From: a virus
Virus record (IMG/VR): IMGVR_UViG_3300027901_000001
DNA length: 64,000 bases
Direction: 5' to 3' (one strand)
Shown here piece after piece: positions 17,741-27,522 of this stretch. The position numbers and the translations under genes were made by a program. How positions within the stretch are numbered: the first letter of the stretch is position 1; every line of letters starts with the position of its first letter. The notes under the pieces were generated by a model. That model had not been told where the DNA came from. It saw only the letters and a program-made list of their open reading frames with translations, and searched no databases.

Positions 17741-18671
17741 AATCGGCTCCTTTCTCCTTCCACTGCTGCCTAGCGGCCAGAGAACGATCCTCCAACCGCC
17801 TCACCTTCAGATACGCTAACAAAACCACACGCGCCTTGTTCACGCGGTCAAACTCTTCTTTTGCAGCCTCCGTAGGATTCCTATCCGGATGCAGCTCCGC
17901 CGCCCGCTTATTAGCTTTCCTCACCACAAACCTCTCGTCCGGAGGCTTTTTGAATACAAACCTTATCCCCAAAACTTCACAGGCCCACCTGGCATCGGCA
18001 ACGGTAATCGCCAACGCCTCTTCCATGTCCGCCCGCCGCTTTCCCTCTCGAATCCCATTAATAAGATCACTGATACAAAAACCAAGACCAACCTTGAATC
18101 GCCGGACAACCTCGTCCTTCACACTCCCATTGATGGCGTAGCCCTCACAAATTCTTTCCACAAAACCTTCAGCATTTTCCATCACCTGCGCCTTGAATAA
18201 ACGTGCGTCCGCGTCACCCTTTTTTTCTTCCTTCGCGTCTTTTTTTGTCTCCTCTGGCGCTTCTACGACTTCTTCTGGACCCGTTTCTCCCCGTAAACAT
18301 TGACTAACAACAAGTTCTAACGCCTTGGCAGTAGAAATCTTTTCTTTCCGAGAAAGTGCCAATATCTTTTTCCGTAACGAAATTGCCTTTCTAAGCGTAA
18401 CGGTCCCCTCATCGACCAGTCTAAACAGAACCTCCCCCCACCCACCTGTATTCAACAATATAGACCTACTTTGATAATGCGAAACCTTCCCCCCGAGAGT
18501 TTTACAAAGCCAGTCCCTTTTATAGATCCGCTTTCCATTTTCTTTTCCGCCCAGCATCGACCATAGGCCGTACATCTTGCCCTCAGCCTTGGCCAATTCG
18601 CGCTGGGACATTGACCCTTGCCCCTGCTTATAGCTATCAATCAGCTTAGCCAACTTTTCCTGTGCCGTCAT
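17724..18671 (-). CDS. Protein with C-terminal J-domain (DnaJ-like)
   Basis: RKANKRAAELHPDRNPTEAAKEEFDRVNKARVVL with the HPD motif. Confidence 0.75.
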   Translation of the reverse strand: MTAQEKLAKLIDSYKQGQGSMSQRELAKAEGKMYGLWSMLGGKENGKRIYKRDWLCKTLGGKVSHYQSRSILLNTGGWGEVLFRLVDEGTVTLRKAISLRKKILALSRKEKISTAKALELVVSQCLRGETGPEEVVEAPEETKKDAKEEKKGDADARLFKAQVMENAEGFVERICEGYAINGSVKDEVVRRFKVGLGFCISDLINGIREGKRRADMEEALAITVADARWACEVLGIRFVFKKPPDERFVVRKANKRAAELHPDRNPTEAAKEEFDRVNKARVVLLAYLKVRRLEDRSLAARQQWKEKGADYASEG

Positions 18672-19662
18672 CTCCGCCCTCTACTTCCGTGTACCCAGCC
18701 GCCTGCAAAAGCCGGTTAACCACCTTCCCACCAGATCCCTTCGACTCAGCCCCTTCTTCTCCATCCACTACTATGCTGCTCAACTTCTCCAGCCTGCCCA
18801 TCCCATCATTCATCAACTCCATATTCGCCTTCAGCTCCCGGATCAGCGGCCCCAGCGCAATGACCTTTAACAGCTTTTTCACAAGCCCCCCAACAAACAG
18901 AAGCTCGCCCCCCAGCTTTCTCATAAGGGACCGTGACTCTTCATCAAGAGTTATGTCCTGCTCCCGCTCCAGCTTTAACTCGTTTAATCCTTCCTCTATT
19001 TTTTGCAGCCGCCTACCGTAATCATCCTTGATCGTGCTCCAACGACCGTCCTCCTTCTCAAAACGAAGGTTCAACCGTTCCTTCAGCAAATCCATCCCTA
19101 AACAAAGTTCATTTTGTGTCTCCAACATCATACGCGCCCACTCATAATCCGGCGCTAAAGAACCGGTTGGGCCACCTTCATCCTCATCCTCGTATCTCTT
19201 CTCCTTCTCTCTTTCTTCCTCTCTTTTTTCTACCGAATCCTCCGACTTAACAATTGTTGAAGCCTCCTCCATAACGAACTGAAGAATATCGTCTGGCATC
19301 CGTGTTCCCTTGCTATTGGGAAATAAAAACCAAAGAAGCTCGTTTCCTCCATTAATGTCTTCTTGGTTAATAATTTTCTTCACATAGTCCAGCCACTGAA
19401 TGCCATAAAAAAGCTGGCCGTCTATGGTCGTAGTATAGAGAACACCATGCTCCACCATCCGGTGCAGATATTCTTTTTGCCAACGACTGTTTTTGAAGAG
19501 CCTGGTAACGACAACCCGGTCCACCGGCTCGGGCGGCTCAACGAATAATTCGCTCCTGGTTAAAATACCTCCCTCTCCTTCTTCAAAAAGCCGGATGAGT
19601 CCGTGCAAAGCGAATTTAGCTCGGGCGTCCTCTACGCTCTCCTTGCTGACCTTCGCCACCAC
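18646..19662 (-). CDS. Hypothetical protein with acidic linker and coiled coil
   Basis: 338 aa; GGAGG RBS directly after the palindrome. Confidence 0.7.
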   Translation of the reverse strand: MVAKVSKESVEDARAKFALHGLIRLFEEGEGGILTRSELFVEPPEPVDRVVVTRLFKNSRWQKEYLHRMVEHGVLYTTTIDGQLFYGIQWLDYVKKIINQEDINGGNELLWFLFPNSKGTRMPDDILQFVMEEASTIVKSEDSVEKREEEREKEKRYEDEDEGGPTGSLAPDYEWARMMLETQNELCLGMDLLKERLNLRFEKEDGRWSTIKDDYGRRLQKIEEGLNELKLEREQDITLDEESRSLMRKLGGELLFVGGLVKKLLKVIALGPLIRELKANMELMNDGMGRLEKLSSIVVDGEEGAESKGSGGKVVNRLLQAAGYTEVEGGDDGTGKVG

Positions 19663-19670
19663 CGTCCTCC

Positions 19671-19684
19671 GGCAGTCGACTGCC
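19671..19684. repeat. Dispersed palindrome copy 3 (intergenic)
   Basis: Exact; adjacent to the RBS of 18646..19662. Confidence 0.95.
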
Positions 19685-19714
19685 TACATGATAACTTTAG
19701 TGACCACCAACGCC

Positions 19715-19748
19715 TCCCAGTATTTATATTATGGTCACCGTTTGTCAA
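19715..19748 (-). promoter_or_regulatory. Sigma70-like promoter P3
   Basis: TTGACAAACGGTGACCATAATATAAATA; GTGACCA/TGGTCAC inverted repeat spans it. Confidence 0.55.
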
Positions 19749-19941
19749 GTGGGAGTGTTCGCTTTTGTATCGAGACGTAAGTGTCCGATAACATTAATCT
19801 AGGTGAACAACCAGGTCACGCTCATAAGAAAATTGAGGCTACCAACCCACATAGATTTGTAATAGTCAACGCATAAAAACTATGGAGCTACTGAAAAAAA
19901 ATCTTGACGCTCCACTGTTTTTGGTCCATAAAGTTGTCACG

Positions 19942-20178
19942 ATGTCAAAAAAGGTCAAGGCAATCCGAACAGTCCATGTAAACCCAGAGATTCCTACCCA
20001 GGGGCGTCCGAAGCTCTGGGCCTTCGGGTACCGCGATTTCGCCCAACTGTTTGGAATTACTGAGGAAGAAGTCTACTACATGGCCCGGCAAGGATTCGAT
20101 TTCGGCGATCTCAATGCAATCTGCACCAAGTGGTGGGATTGCAAAAAGGCCCGGCTCGTCCGGGACGGCAACTGGTAA
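19942..20178 (+). CDS. Small helix-turn-helix DNA-binding protein (start MSKKVK)
   Basis: YRDFAQLFGITEEEVYYMARQG; preceded by TTGACG...TAAAGT-7 nt-ATG. Confidence 0.6.
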   Translation: MSKKVKAIRTVHVNPEIPTQGRPKLWAFGYRDFAQLFGITEEEVYYMARQGFDFGDLNAICTKWWDCKKARLVRDGNW

Positions 20179-20197
20179 TCAACAAGGAGAAGGTGAC

Positions 20198-21337
20198 ATG
20201 CAAGTAGCATCACACGATGGTTCAGTGTCGTTTGTCGATGGTGACTTCCGCCTCGACGTGAAGTTCCACCGGACAATCCGGTTGCCGGAGGACGGCCGCA
20301 CGCACGCGCTCCCGCCCTCGCTCGGCACCTTTCCCGTCCGCCTGGTGGATGACTTCAAGGACAAGGTTCCGGCCGACTGGATAGAGCACGGCGGAATCTT
20401 TCTGCCCATGCACCAGCGCGAGGCCCTGTGGCTGAGCTTTCACGGCTCGGTAGGGGCCATCAAGGTCGCGGCCGGGAAAATCAATGCGGTCAGCGGCAAG
20501 CCCTGGGACCCGGCTCTGAAGGCCGGAGGCAAGCGGGAAGGAGACGAACAGGACTACATGGTCGGCCCAAGCCCACAGCCCTGGCTCGACGGTTTTAACT
20601 CCGGTGACGGCGTTATCAAGCAGTTCGTGGGCATGGCACTCGGCCAAGGCTACACGGTCGAGGGGCAGGTCACTGGGGAGGAAAAGTTCGGCGGTATCCA
20701 GCTCCTGGTGGTGCCCCCGAAGGACGAACACAGAAAGCGCGTCAATCCACCCCGACCACGCGGCGGCCTGATCGCCTCCGGGTTACACCCCAACCACCTG
20801 GCGGAAGAAAAGACCAGCGGCGGCGTTATTACGCCGGACAGCAGCGAGGTCTACTTCTCATCCGCCATCGACCCCAGCATGGCGCGTTCCGTCAGCCGCC
20901 GGGAACTCTGTTCCTCCAGCGTGCGCCGCCGGGCTTCCACCAAGGGCGCGCAGATCGGCCTGGCCGCCGGGGGCTCCATGAAGCAGAAAATCTACCCCGA
21001 TCCTTTCGGCCTGGAGGTCTGGGACCAGGCCAAGTCCGGCCGCCTGTACGTGCACATCATCAACGCAGAAATGTACCAGGAAATCACCGGCATCTACCCG
21101 CCGGAGATGCCCCAAGACGCCCAGAGTTACGACGGCGCGTGGTTCGACCTGAACGACGGCCAAATGGGCGACGTGGCGGCCTCCGAGACCCTCAGCGGGG
21201 TCAAGACCGTGGCCGAGAAGGACAAGGAGCACGGCTTCGAGGGCCAGCAGGACGACTCGAAAGTAGACGAGAGCGGCAAGGTGCACACCTACGATATGCC
21301 TGCCGGATCATTACCGGTCCGCAACGGGAAGTGGTAA
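20198..21337 (+). CDS. Conserved protein of unknown function
   Basis: RBS GGAG/AAGG before MQVASH; RTIRLPEDG..LPPSLGTFP, FLPMHQREALWLSF, QPWLDG, RQF-like QFVGMALGQGYTVEGQVTGEE. Confidence 0.8.
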   Translation: MQVASHDGSVSFVDGDFRLDVKFHRTIRLPEDGRTHALPPSLGTFPVRLVDDFKDKVPADWIEHGGIFLPMHQREALWLSFHGSVGAIKVAAGKINAVSGKPWDPALKAGGKREGDEQDYMVGPSPQPWLDGFNSGDGVIKQFVGMALGQGYTVEGQVTGEEKFGGIQLLVVPPKDEHRKRVNPPRPRGGLIASGLHPNHLAEEKTSGGVITPDSSEVYFSSAIDPSMARSVSRRELCSSSVRRRASTKGAQIGLAAGGSMKQKIYPDPFGLEVWDQAKSGRLYVHIINAEMYQEITGIYPPEMPQDAQSYDGAWFDLNDGQMGDVAASETLSGVKTVAEKDKEHGFEGQQDDSKVDESGKVHTYDMPAGSLPVRNGKW

Positions 21338-21435
21338 ACTCGGCTCTGATGCCACGTTCAGGGTGGCGGTAGCCATAGATAAGACGCTCCACAGAAGGGT
21401 AGACGGTACTGAACGAGGAAGTAGTAGGCCACAAT

Positions 21436-21472
21436 AACCCGGCCTCGCCTGGACAGGGGCCGGGTTTTTTTA
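21436..21472 (+). terminator. Rho-independent terminator
   Basis: AACCCGGCCTC-loop-GGGGCCGGGTT followed by a T-run, at the convergence of + and - genes. Confidence 0.85.
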
Positions 21473-21991
21473 TGCCGCCGAACTCTCCCAGACGGTGACC
21501 TCGCCAAATTCGTCCCGACGCTTCGTCCGCTTGGGCCTGTGGTCGAATATCAGGTCGGAAGACACGCGCTTCGCGCCCTTGGCCGTCTGTACCTCGCAAT
21601 AGTAGTGGCCGCCGTGGTAGGTCCGCTCCACCCGCGAAATCGTCCCCTGGATGGGCTTCTGGTCGACCTGGCCAACGAGAGCCCAGACCTTCTCACCCTC
21701 CTTTGGAATACGGCGCTGGTCGAAGAAGCTGCCCTTGTTTCTGGCCTCCTCCAGCCCCTCCCGAATCCTCTTCTTCATAATGCCTTCGGCGTGATCGAAG
21801 GTGGCGCGACGCCCCAGGTTAAACTCCATACCGCGCCAATCCAGATAGAAATTCTTACCGCGCTTGAATATCACGGCCTTGTTACCACCGAACACTCCCG
21901 CATAGCGCGCCCCCTGGGAATAGTGCGTCGATCCTTCTACTTTCTTCCAGGACTCATGGAGAGCCCCGACAAGCTGAGAGGAGAAGGACAT
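21470..21991 (-). CDS. Leader-bearing two-domain protein; second domain SH3-like
   Basis: MSFSSQLVGALHE; linker GLEEAR; PKEGEKVWALV..GTISRV..CEVQT. Confidence 0.7.
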   Translation of the reverse strand: MSFSSQLVGALHESWKKVEGSTHYSQGARYAGVFGGNKAVIFKRGKNFYLDWRGMEFNLGRRATFDHAEGIMKKRIREGLEEARNKGSFFDQRRIPKEGEKVWALVGQVDQKPIQGTISRVERTYHGGHYYCEVQTAKGAKRVSSDLIFDHRPKRTKRRDEFGEVTVWESSAA

Positions 21992-21995
21992 CTCC

Positions 21996-23228
21996 TTAGC
22001 TCTCGCCCCTCGACCGCGCTATCTCCGCCTTGGCCGCCGATAGCTTCTTCGGCTTGAAGTACATATCGCGCTCGATCGCCTGCACGCCCTTGTACTTCGC
22101 GCCCTCCATCTCCTTCAGTGAGGAGTAGCCCAGCTCCCAGCCGTGGCCGGTGTTGGCCGCGCCGAACATGGTGTCGTCCCCGTCAAACTCGGTGATCAGC
22201 CAGTAGCCCATAGCCATGTACGGGCTGAAGAGCTTGAGATAGACCATCGGATCCTTTTCCTTCTCCTGGGAGTAAAGTGGCGGCAGCTTTTTCCGAACGG
22301 ACCCGATGACGAGCTTCTGCTTGCGCTCAGTTAATTCGGTATGATTTGCGTCACTCGCGTCATTCAGCTCGGTCCGTAGCTCCGCGATGCGCTTCTCCCG
22401 GATCTCCGGAAACGGCGAGCTGGTGGCGTCCAGCCGGTCGATCTCGGCCTGGATACCCTCTTGCTTCTTCGCCTTCTTGCCCTTGAACATGGACGCCTTG
22501 ATGCGAAGCCACTTGCGCTCCCGCGCCTCGACCCTGAAGCGGTGAATGGGAGGACCGCCGCCGTAGCTGATGGAGAACTTCTCTCCCTTGCCGCCGCCTC
22601 CGGCCGCCGCCTTCTTCGAGCCACCGCCCTTCACCTTCACGATGTCCAGCGGAGACACGCCGACCGTGCCGGTGTCGTCCCACTTCACATAGACCAGGCC
22701 GCCGCCCGGCCCCGACATATAGTGCATCTTGCCGCGAGGCCCGGCGATCGTTGTGACGGTGCCCTCACCGCCCTTGTCGGGCAACCTCCTCCGGTGATCG
22801 GCGGAGTACAACATGAAGCTGGCCGGGTTGGGCTGGAACTTCACCCTGGTGCCGGGACGCGGCACGCCCTTGCGGCCCTCGGCCAGTTCGAGCTGCTCTT
22901 CCTGGTACGAAGGATAGGCGACCATGTTCTTCGCCACCTTGTCTTTGATCAGCGCCCTCCACTCCTTGCGCCCGAGAGCCCCGTGCGACGGATGACGGGT
23001 TGCCTTCTTCAGAGCAGCAATCATCGCCTCGCGTGACGGGAAGGTCTTGACCTCGTACCCGGCGAAAGCTCCACCCGGCGCTCCGCGAATTGCCATCTGC
23101 TTGGCCTTGGGGTTTTTCTTCAGGTCCATCATCTGGGCTATGGAGATGATCTGGGTACCCCGCGCCTCCTCCAACCGCATCTCGCGGTCGATGTCCGGGG
23201 CTCCGTAATAATCGAATCGTCCGTACAT
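21996..23228 (-). CDS. Multidomain protein with SH3-like and C-terminal DUF2958 domains
   Basis: LPPLYSQE..DPMVYLKLFSP..WLITE..FG..GWELGYSSLKEM; linkers RLEEAR and LELAEGR. Confidence 0.8.
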   Translation of the reverse strand: MYGRFDYYGAPDIDREMRLEEARGTQIISIAQMMDLKKNPKAKQMAIRGAPGGAFAGYEVKTFPSREAMIAALKKATRHPSHGALGRKEWRALIKDKVAKNMVAYPSYQEEQLELAEGRKGVPRPGTRVKFQPNPASFMLYSADHRRRLPDKGGEGTVTTIAGPRGKMHYMSGPGGGLVYVKWDDTGTVGVSPLDIVKVKGGGSKKAAAGGGGKGEKFSISYGGGPPIHRFRVEARERKWLRIKASMFKGKKAKKQEGIQAEIDRLDATSSPFPEIREKRIAELRTELNDASDANHTELTERKQKLVIGSVRKKLPPLYSQEKEKDPMVYLKLFSPYMAMGYWLITEFDGDDTMFGAANTGHGWELGYSSLKEMEGAKYKGVQAIERDMYFKPKKLSAAKAEIARSRGES

Positions 23229-23240
23229 GGGACCTCCGTC

Positions 23241-23777
23241 CTAGTAAAACCTGAAGTCCGTACTCCGCAAAAGCCCGTGAAGTGCCGTCAGCGCATTCAC
23301 AGCCATAGAAGCATTCATGTTGGCGCTGTAGTAGGTGTCGCTGGCATCCTGTTTCCCGCCCGACTGTGGGAGAGGACCGCCCTTTTTACTGAACCGATCC
23401 ATCTGCGTGACGGCGTCCTTGAACTCATCGTAGTGTCGCTTCGACTTGTCCGGCAGCTTCTCTGGATCAATAAGACTGGCCATCTGGCGTACAGACTTTC
23501 TCACCTGTTCAGCGGCCCGGTGCTTCTTGTCCGCAAACTCCTTGGCCTTGGGCAACAGCTCCCTTTCAACCGCTGCGGGATCGCCTGCCCCGTGGTGAGC
23601 GCGTCTCAAACGCCCCGTTTCCGACTCTGCCCCCCCCATATTCCGGAGTTCCCCATAAGCCTTCATCGCCCGCTTGTTGGTCCGCTTCATGGCCCTTTCA
23701 TCGAAACCGTAAGGACCTACAGTCCCGGCCCCCGAACCCTCGGAAAGCGCCTCGCTGAGCTGTTCTGAAACCGACAT
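23241..23777 (-). CDS. Leader-bearing helical protein (start MSVSEQL)
   Basis: MSVSEQLSEALSEG; AGGAG RBS. Confidence 0.7.
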   Translation of the reverse strand: MSVSEQLSEALSEGSGAGTVGPYGFDERAMKRTNKRAMKAYGELRNMGGAESETGRLRRAHHGAGDPAAVERELLPKAKEFADKKHRAAEQVRKSVRQMASLIDPEKLPDKSKRHYDEFKDAVTQMDRFSKKGGPLPQSGGKQDASDTYYSANMNASMAVNALTALHGLLRSTDFRFY

Positions 23778-23785
23778 GGTCGCTC

Positions 23786-24748
23786 CTATGATTTCCCCTT
23801 CATCATGTTGTCGACGTACCACTGGGTGTAGTAGTCCGGCACCAGCTTCAGCCCGGTCTGGTCGATGACGTGATCCCGGCTCACCTGGTCAGGCATCTCG
23901 CGCTCCACCCACCACTTCAGATCGTCCTTCTTGTGGAAGGTCCACTTGGTCTTGGAGCCGCCCTTGCGCGGGTCGCCGATGGACACCACCCATCCGGAGC
24001 CCGCCTTGGCAATAAACCACATATGGGGCGCGGGCTTCTTCTTGACGGTGGACAGCTTCCCCGTATCTCCCCTGGCCTCCGAGAGCACCCGGTAGGCCCA
24101 AGTCGCCCCGGACTTCTTGCGCTCGATCTTCCCGTCGTCCTCCAGCTCGTCCAGCCCCCAGTGGATGTACTTGTAGTCACCGCCGGGGACAGCCGCCGGA
24201 TATCGCTTCTTGACCGCATTCAGAATCGCATCCCGCTTCTTCCATTTACCGCCGGAAAGCGCGTCCCGGATGGCCTGGAGCAGGTTGGTCTTGCCAACGG
24301 GCACGTCCTTCAGGCTGGCCTCGAACAGGTCGTCCAGGTCTCTACACCCAGAAAGCATTACCTCCCAATCCAGGCTCTCCATCACACCTTTGAACCGGGC
24401 CATGACCTTCGGCGGAACGTCCTTTTCCTGAATGCGCTTCCACTCCACGCCCAGCGTCGGATGGTACACGCTGTCCTTCTTCGGCTTACTGGGCTTCCTC
24501 CCCACGTGCGCGTCCACGCGGTAGCCCGTGGCGTTGCCGTTCTTCAACGTTCCGGTGCGGTAAAAATAAGCCTCATCTCCCAAGCCCAACCCTATCTTGT
24601 AAAACTCTCCGGCCCCAGCCGTCGGATCCTTGCCCGCCTCCCGTCCTGCTCGTTGCAGCGCCGCGTATCCACCACCGTAGGTCGCCGCTGGGTAACGCCG
24701 CCGGGCTTCGGTGGTCACGGCCTCCTGGAGCTGCTTGGATAGTGACAT
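23786..24748 (-). CDS. Leader-bearing three-domain protein with central winged-helix-like domain
   Basis: MSLSKQLQEAVTTEA; linkers DLDDLFEA and VLSEAR. Confidence 0.72.
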   Translation of the reverse strand: MSLSKQLQEAVTTEARRRYPAATYGGGYAALQRAGREAGKDPTAGAGEFYKIGLGLGDEAYFYRTGTLKNGNATGYRVDAHVGRKPSKPKKDSVYHPTLGVEWKRIQEKDVPPKVMARFKGVMESLDWEVMLSGCRDLDDLFEASLKDVPVGKTNLLQAIRDALSGGKWKKRDAILNAVKKRYPAAVPGGDYKYIHWGLDELEDDGKIERKKSGATWAYRVLSEARGDTGKLSTVKKKPAPHMWFIAKAGSGWVVSIGDPRKGGSKTKWTFHKKDDLKWWVEREMPDQVSRDHVIDQTGLKLVPDYYTQWYVDNMMKGKS

Positions 24749-24758
24749 GGTTCGCCTC

Positions 24759-24983
24759 CTAGTCCGCGAAACCGGCCCGCTTCCACTTCTCGGCCAGCCC
24801 GGCCAACGCCTTCCAGCCGTGCTCGGCCGTCACCTTCTTCTGGTCTGCCTTCAGGTGCTCCGAGCCCTTGCCGGAAAACTCGGCTATCCACTTGTCGTCC
24901 GATATCCGGCGAAGGGTGATGTTGTAGCTCACGGCCTCTTCGAGCTGCGCAGCGGCCTCCTGGAGCTGTTCGGACAAACCCAT
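24759..24983 (-). CDS. Leader-bearing small protein
   Basis: MGLSEQLQEAAAQLEEA. Confidence 0.7.
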   Translation of the reverse strand: MGLSEQLQEAAAQLEEAVSYNITLRRISDDKWIAEFSGKGSEHLKADQKKVTAEHGWKALAGLAEKWKRAGFAD

Positions 24984-25016
24984 GCTCCGAGCCTACCGCA
25001 CCGGCCCGCGCCGGGT

Positions 25017-26240
25017 CTACTTTTCCGGTGCGGCAGCCGGAACGGAGGGAACCGCCTTGAGCGTAAAAACGAGACCTATAAACTTCTCGTTCTTGCGCGC
25101 TCGGACCAGCCTATCCACCTCTACCTTCGCCGCCTCGAACATCTTGCTCACACCGACACGAATTCGATCCAGGCTCACCTCTTCCAGATTCATATCTGGA
25201 TATGCCGAAGGCGGAATAAGAATATGGCCGCCGTCGTACCTTCCGGCCACAATCTTCCCAATCAAATCCGGTGTGAAACGCGGTAATTCCTCCAAATCCA
25301 CCATCGGCACATCCGACTGCCTATCAAACGGCTTTTGGCTGACCTCCCCAGCCTCCGGGCTGTAGACGCCAACCGTTTCCTGGGGCTCCTGGACACTGGA
25401 ATCAGCCTGTTTGGACGGGCTCTCCTCTTCAACCTGAGCCTCGAAAATCTCCGCGCACTGAACACATGGTATGCAACTGTCAGGCAGCTCCTCACCGACG
25501 GAGAAAATCGCACCTTCCGCACCACATAACGAGGTTACGCCATCCCTGGTTTGGTGCACGGTGACGCCCGCGAACGCCTGCTCCACGGCCGCGTCGTTCT
25601 CCGCCGGGCCGGGCTTAGGATCGACCACATCATCAACGGTCACCTCCGTCGCCGTGTCCTGTTGGGCAGTCGACTGCCCCTTGCGCACCTTCAAAGCAAT
25701 CAAACGGCTTTTGAGCCGCTGTTCCTCTGCCAGGGCCTCCTCATCGGAAAGCTGCTCGACGGGCTTTACAACCGGATTCTCGGCCAGCCGCTGAGCTATT
25801 TGCTGCTCGGCCAGCATTTCGACCTGGCGCTGGGCGATGAACTCGTCCCGCGCCTGCTGGCACGCGGGCTTGTCGCAGTACCAGGCCATCTTGCCGCCGC
25901 CCGCATCAACGCCCTTCCAGCCCGCCTGGTCGCCCCGGCCGATCACCTTCAGGTGGCAGCCCTCGCACTCCCGAATCTCATCTGGAACCTTATGTCTCGG
26001 ATACAAGTCGTCCGGTACTATTGCCATCTCCTTCTCCTTTCGCTCCTCCCTCAAAACGGCCCAGCGCTTGGTGCTGACCCGCCGGAATTCCACCCTTACT
26101 ATACTCCCGTCCTTGACCACTTCGGCTATCCAAATGTCACCGGTACCGATCGGCGGTAGCATTTTCTTGATGGCCCCGCCGCCATCGTACCGGCTCCGCA
26201 AAAATCCTCGCGCCCAGTTCCACTCAATGGACTCGCCCAC
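25017..26240 (-). CDS. Hypothetical protein with Zn fingers and acidic region (possible internal start at 26027)
   Basis: CEGC...YCDKPAC, C...CVQC. Confidence 0.65.
   Translation of the reverse strand: MGESIEWNWARGFLRSRYDGGGAIKKMLPPIGTGDIWIAEVVKDGSIVRVEFRRVSTKRWAVLREERKEKEMAIVPDDLYPRHKVPDEIRECEGCHLKVIGRGDQAGWKGVDAGGGKMAWYCDKPACQQARDEFIAQRQVEMLAEQQIAQRLAENPVVKPVEQLSDEEALAEEQRLKSRLIALKVRKGQSTAQQDTATEVTVDDVVDPKPGPAENDAAVEQAFAGVTVHQTRDGVTSLCGAEGAIFSVGEELPDSCIPCVQCAEIFEAQVEEESPSKQADSSVQEPQETVGVYSPEAGEVSQKPFDRQSDVPMVDLEELPRFTPDLIGKIVAGRYDGGHILIPPSAYPDMNLEEVSLDRIRVGVSKMFEAAKVEVDRLVRARKNEKFIGLVFTLKAVPSVPAAAPEK
25664..25679. repeat. Dispersed palindrome copy 4 (extends to 16 bp)
   Basis: GGGCAGTCGACTGCCC. 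Confidence 0.95.
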
Positions 26241-27522
26241 TAGAGCATCGTAGCAGCCGCGTAACCCCAGGCGTATCCAAGAATCATTCCGATCGCCAGC
26301 GCCAGCGCCACCACGGTGGCCCCGAACTGGAGAGCCTCGCCATCGTCGATGTCAGTATCGCGGTCGTAGATTTCATCCGCGCACTTCTCGCAGAGGATGT
26401 CCCCCTTCGGGTCCGTGCAGTAGCAGCAATCAGCCATGAAGCGCCTCTCTTCCTTCTCTGGTCAGGCTATACATCCACACCCCGTCCTTGGGCCTGGCCA
26501 AGACAAATCCCCTCCGACACAGCTTGTTCAGGTAGGAGCCGCCCTGCCGGATAATCCCCGCGCCGGTCGTAGATCCCTTGGGGCCACATTTGGAATGCCG
26601 CCTCCAGGAGGGACTATCAGGCCACATCTTATGAGCAAACCATCCAGCCATCATCGGGCCGTCGGCCCTCTCCAGAATCTCCAGCGCCCGGCGCTGGGCC
26701 GTGGTGAGCTTCACAGTCACCGCCCCCTCCTAGCGCTCACCCGGTGCGGTATCGGTACCGAAGTAATCGCAGTCTCCCGAATCTCGCGGTCAGGCGGCGG
26801 CTGCGGCTTCTGCGGCGGTGGCGGTCTTGGCCGCTCGTCTATCTGGTAGTCCTGGTTTACGCCGCCCTTTTTGACCTTACCCTCCCGCAACCTGCTCTTG
26901 ATGATCGTCTGCTCCAGTTGATGCTGACAACCGGTACACGTCACCTGGGCCTGATCTGTGGTCCCGTGCGCGGAAAGCGCGCCACATAACGGCCGCGTAT
27001 GCTTCCCCGCCGCGTCCATAAAGTGCATCGGCGAGCGCACGGCATGGGATTCCAGCCAGCGTACCAGCCCCTGCATCTTGGAATCGGCGACGTAGAACTC
27101 GTCCCAATTGTTGACCGTTATTGTCCCCATTCACCCGTCTCCAGTATGCGCTTCACCGCCCCCATCCAACATAAGTCCTTCTTCGGACGATACAAGAAGC
27201 ACTCCGGACATCCTCCCAAACCGTGCTCCAGGAGGTGTTGATAGCAGGCGTCCCGCAGCTCCTTGATCATCTCGACCATCAGGAAATAGACAATCTCTTT
27301 GTTCCCGGCGACCTGGCCATAAGCTCCAAGGTGTCGAAGCGCGTCGACCGTCATCCATAAATCCGACACTTCGACAAAATTGACAAAGTGCTCGTCCGCC
27401 TCCTCTTCTTCCGCTAGGAATTTGGTGTAGCTGCTGATGACATCAATCACCTGCTTGCGACGCTTCAGCGGCAAAAAGGCCCATCGAGAGCACGGGTCAT
27501 TGGCTTTGAATCGGGCGGTCAT
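26240..27522 (-). CDS. Run of four small hypothetical genes (26240..26437 TM, 26430..26720 wHTH-like, 26717..27130, 27118..27522)
   Basis: Overlapping start-stop tiling. Confidence 0.6.

Noticed and set aside
21338-21435. CTGATG suggesting a hammerhead ribozyme
   Set aside because: No CUGAUGA/GAAA core with three stems.
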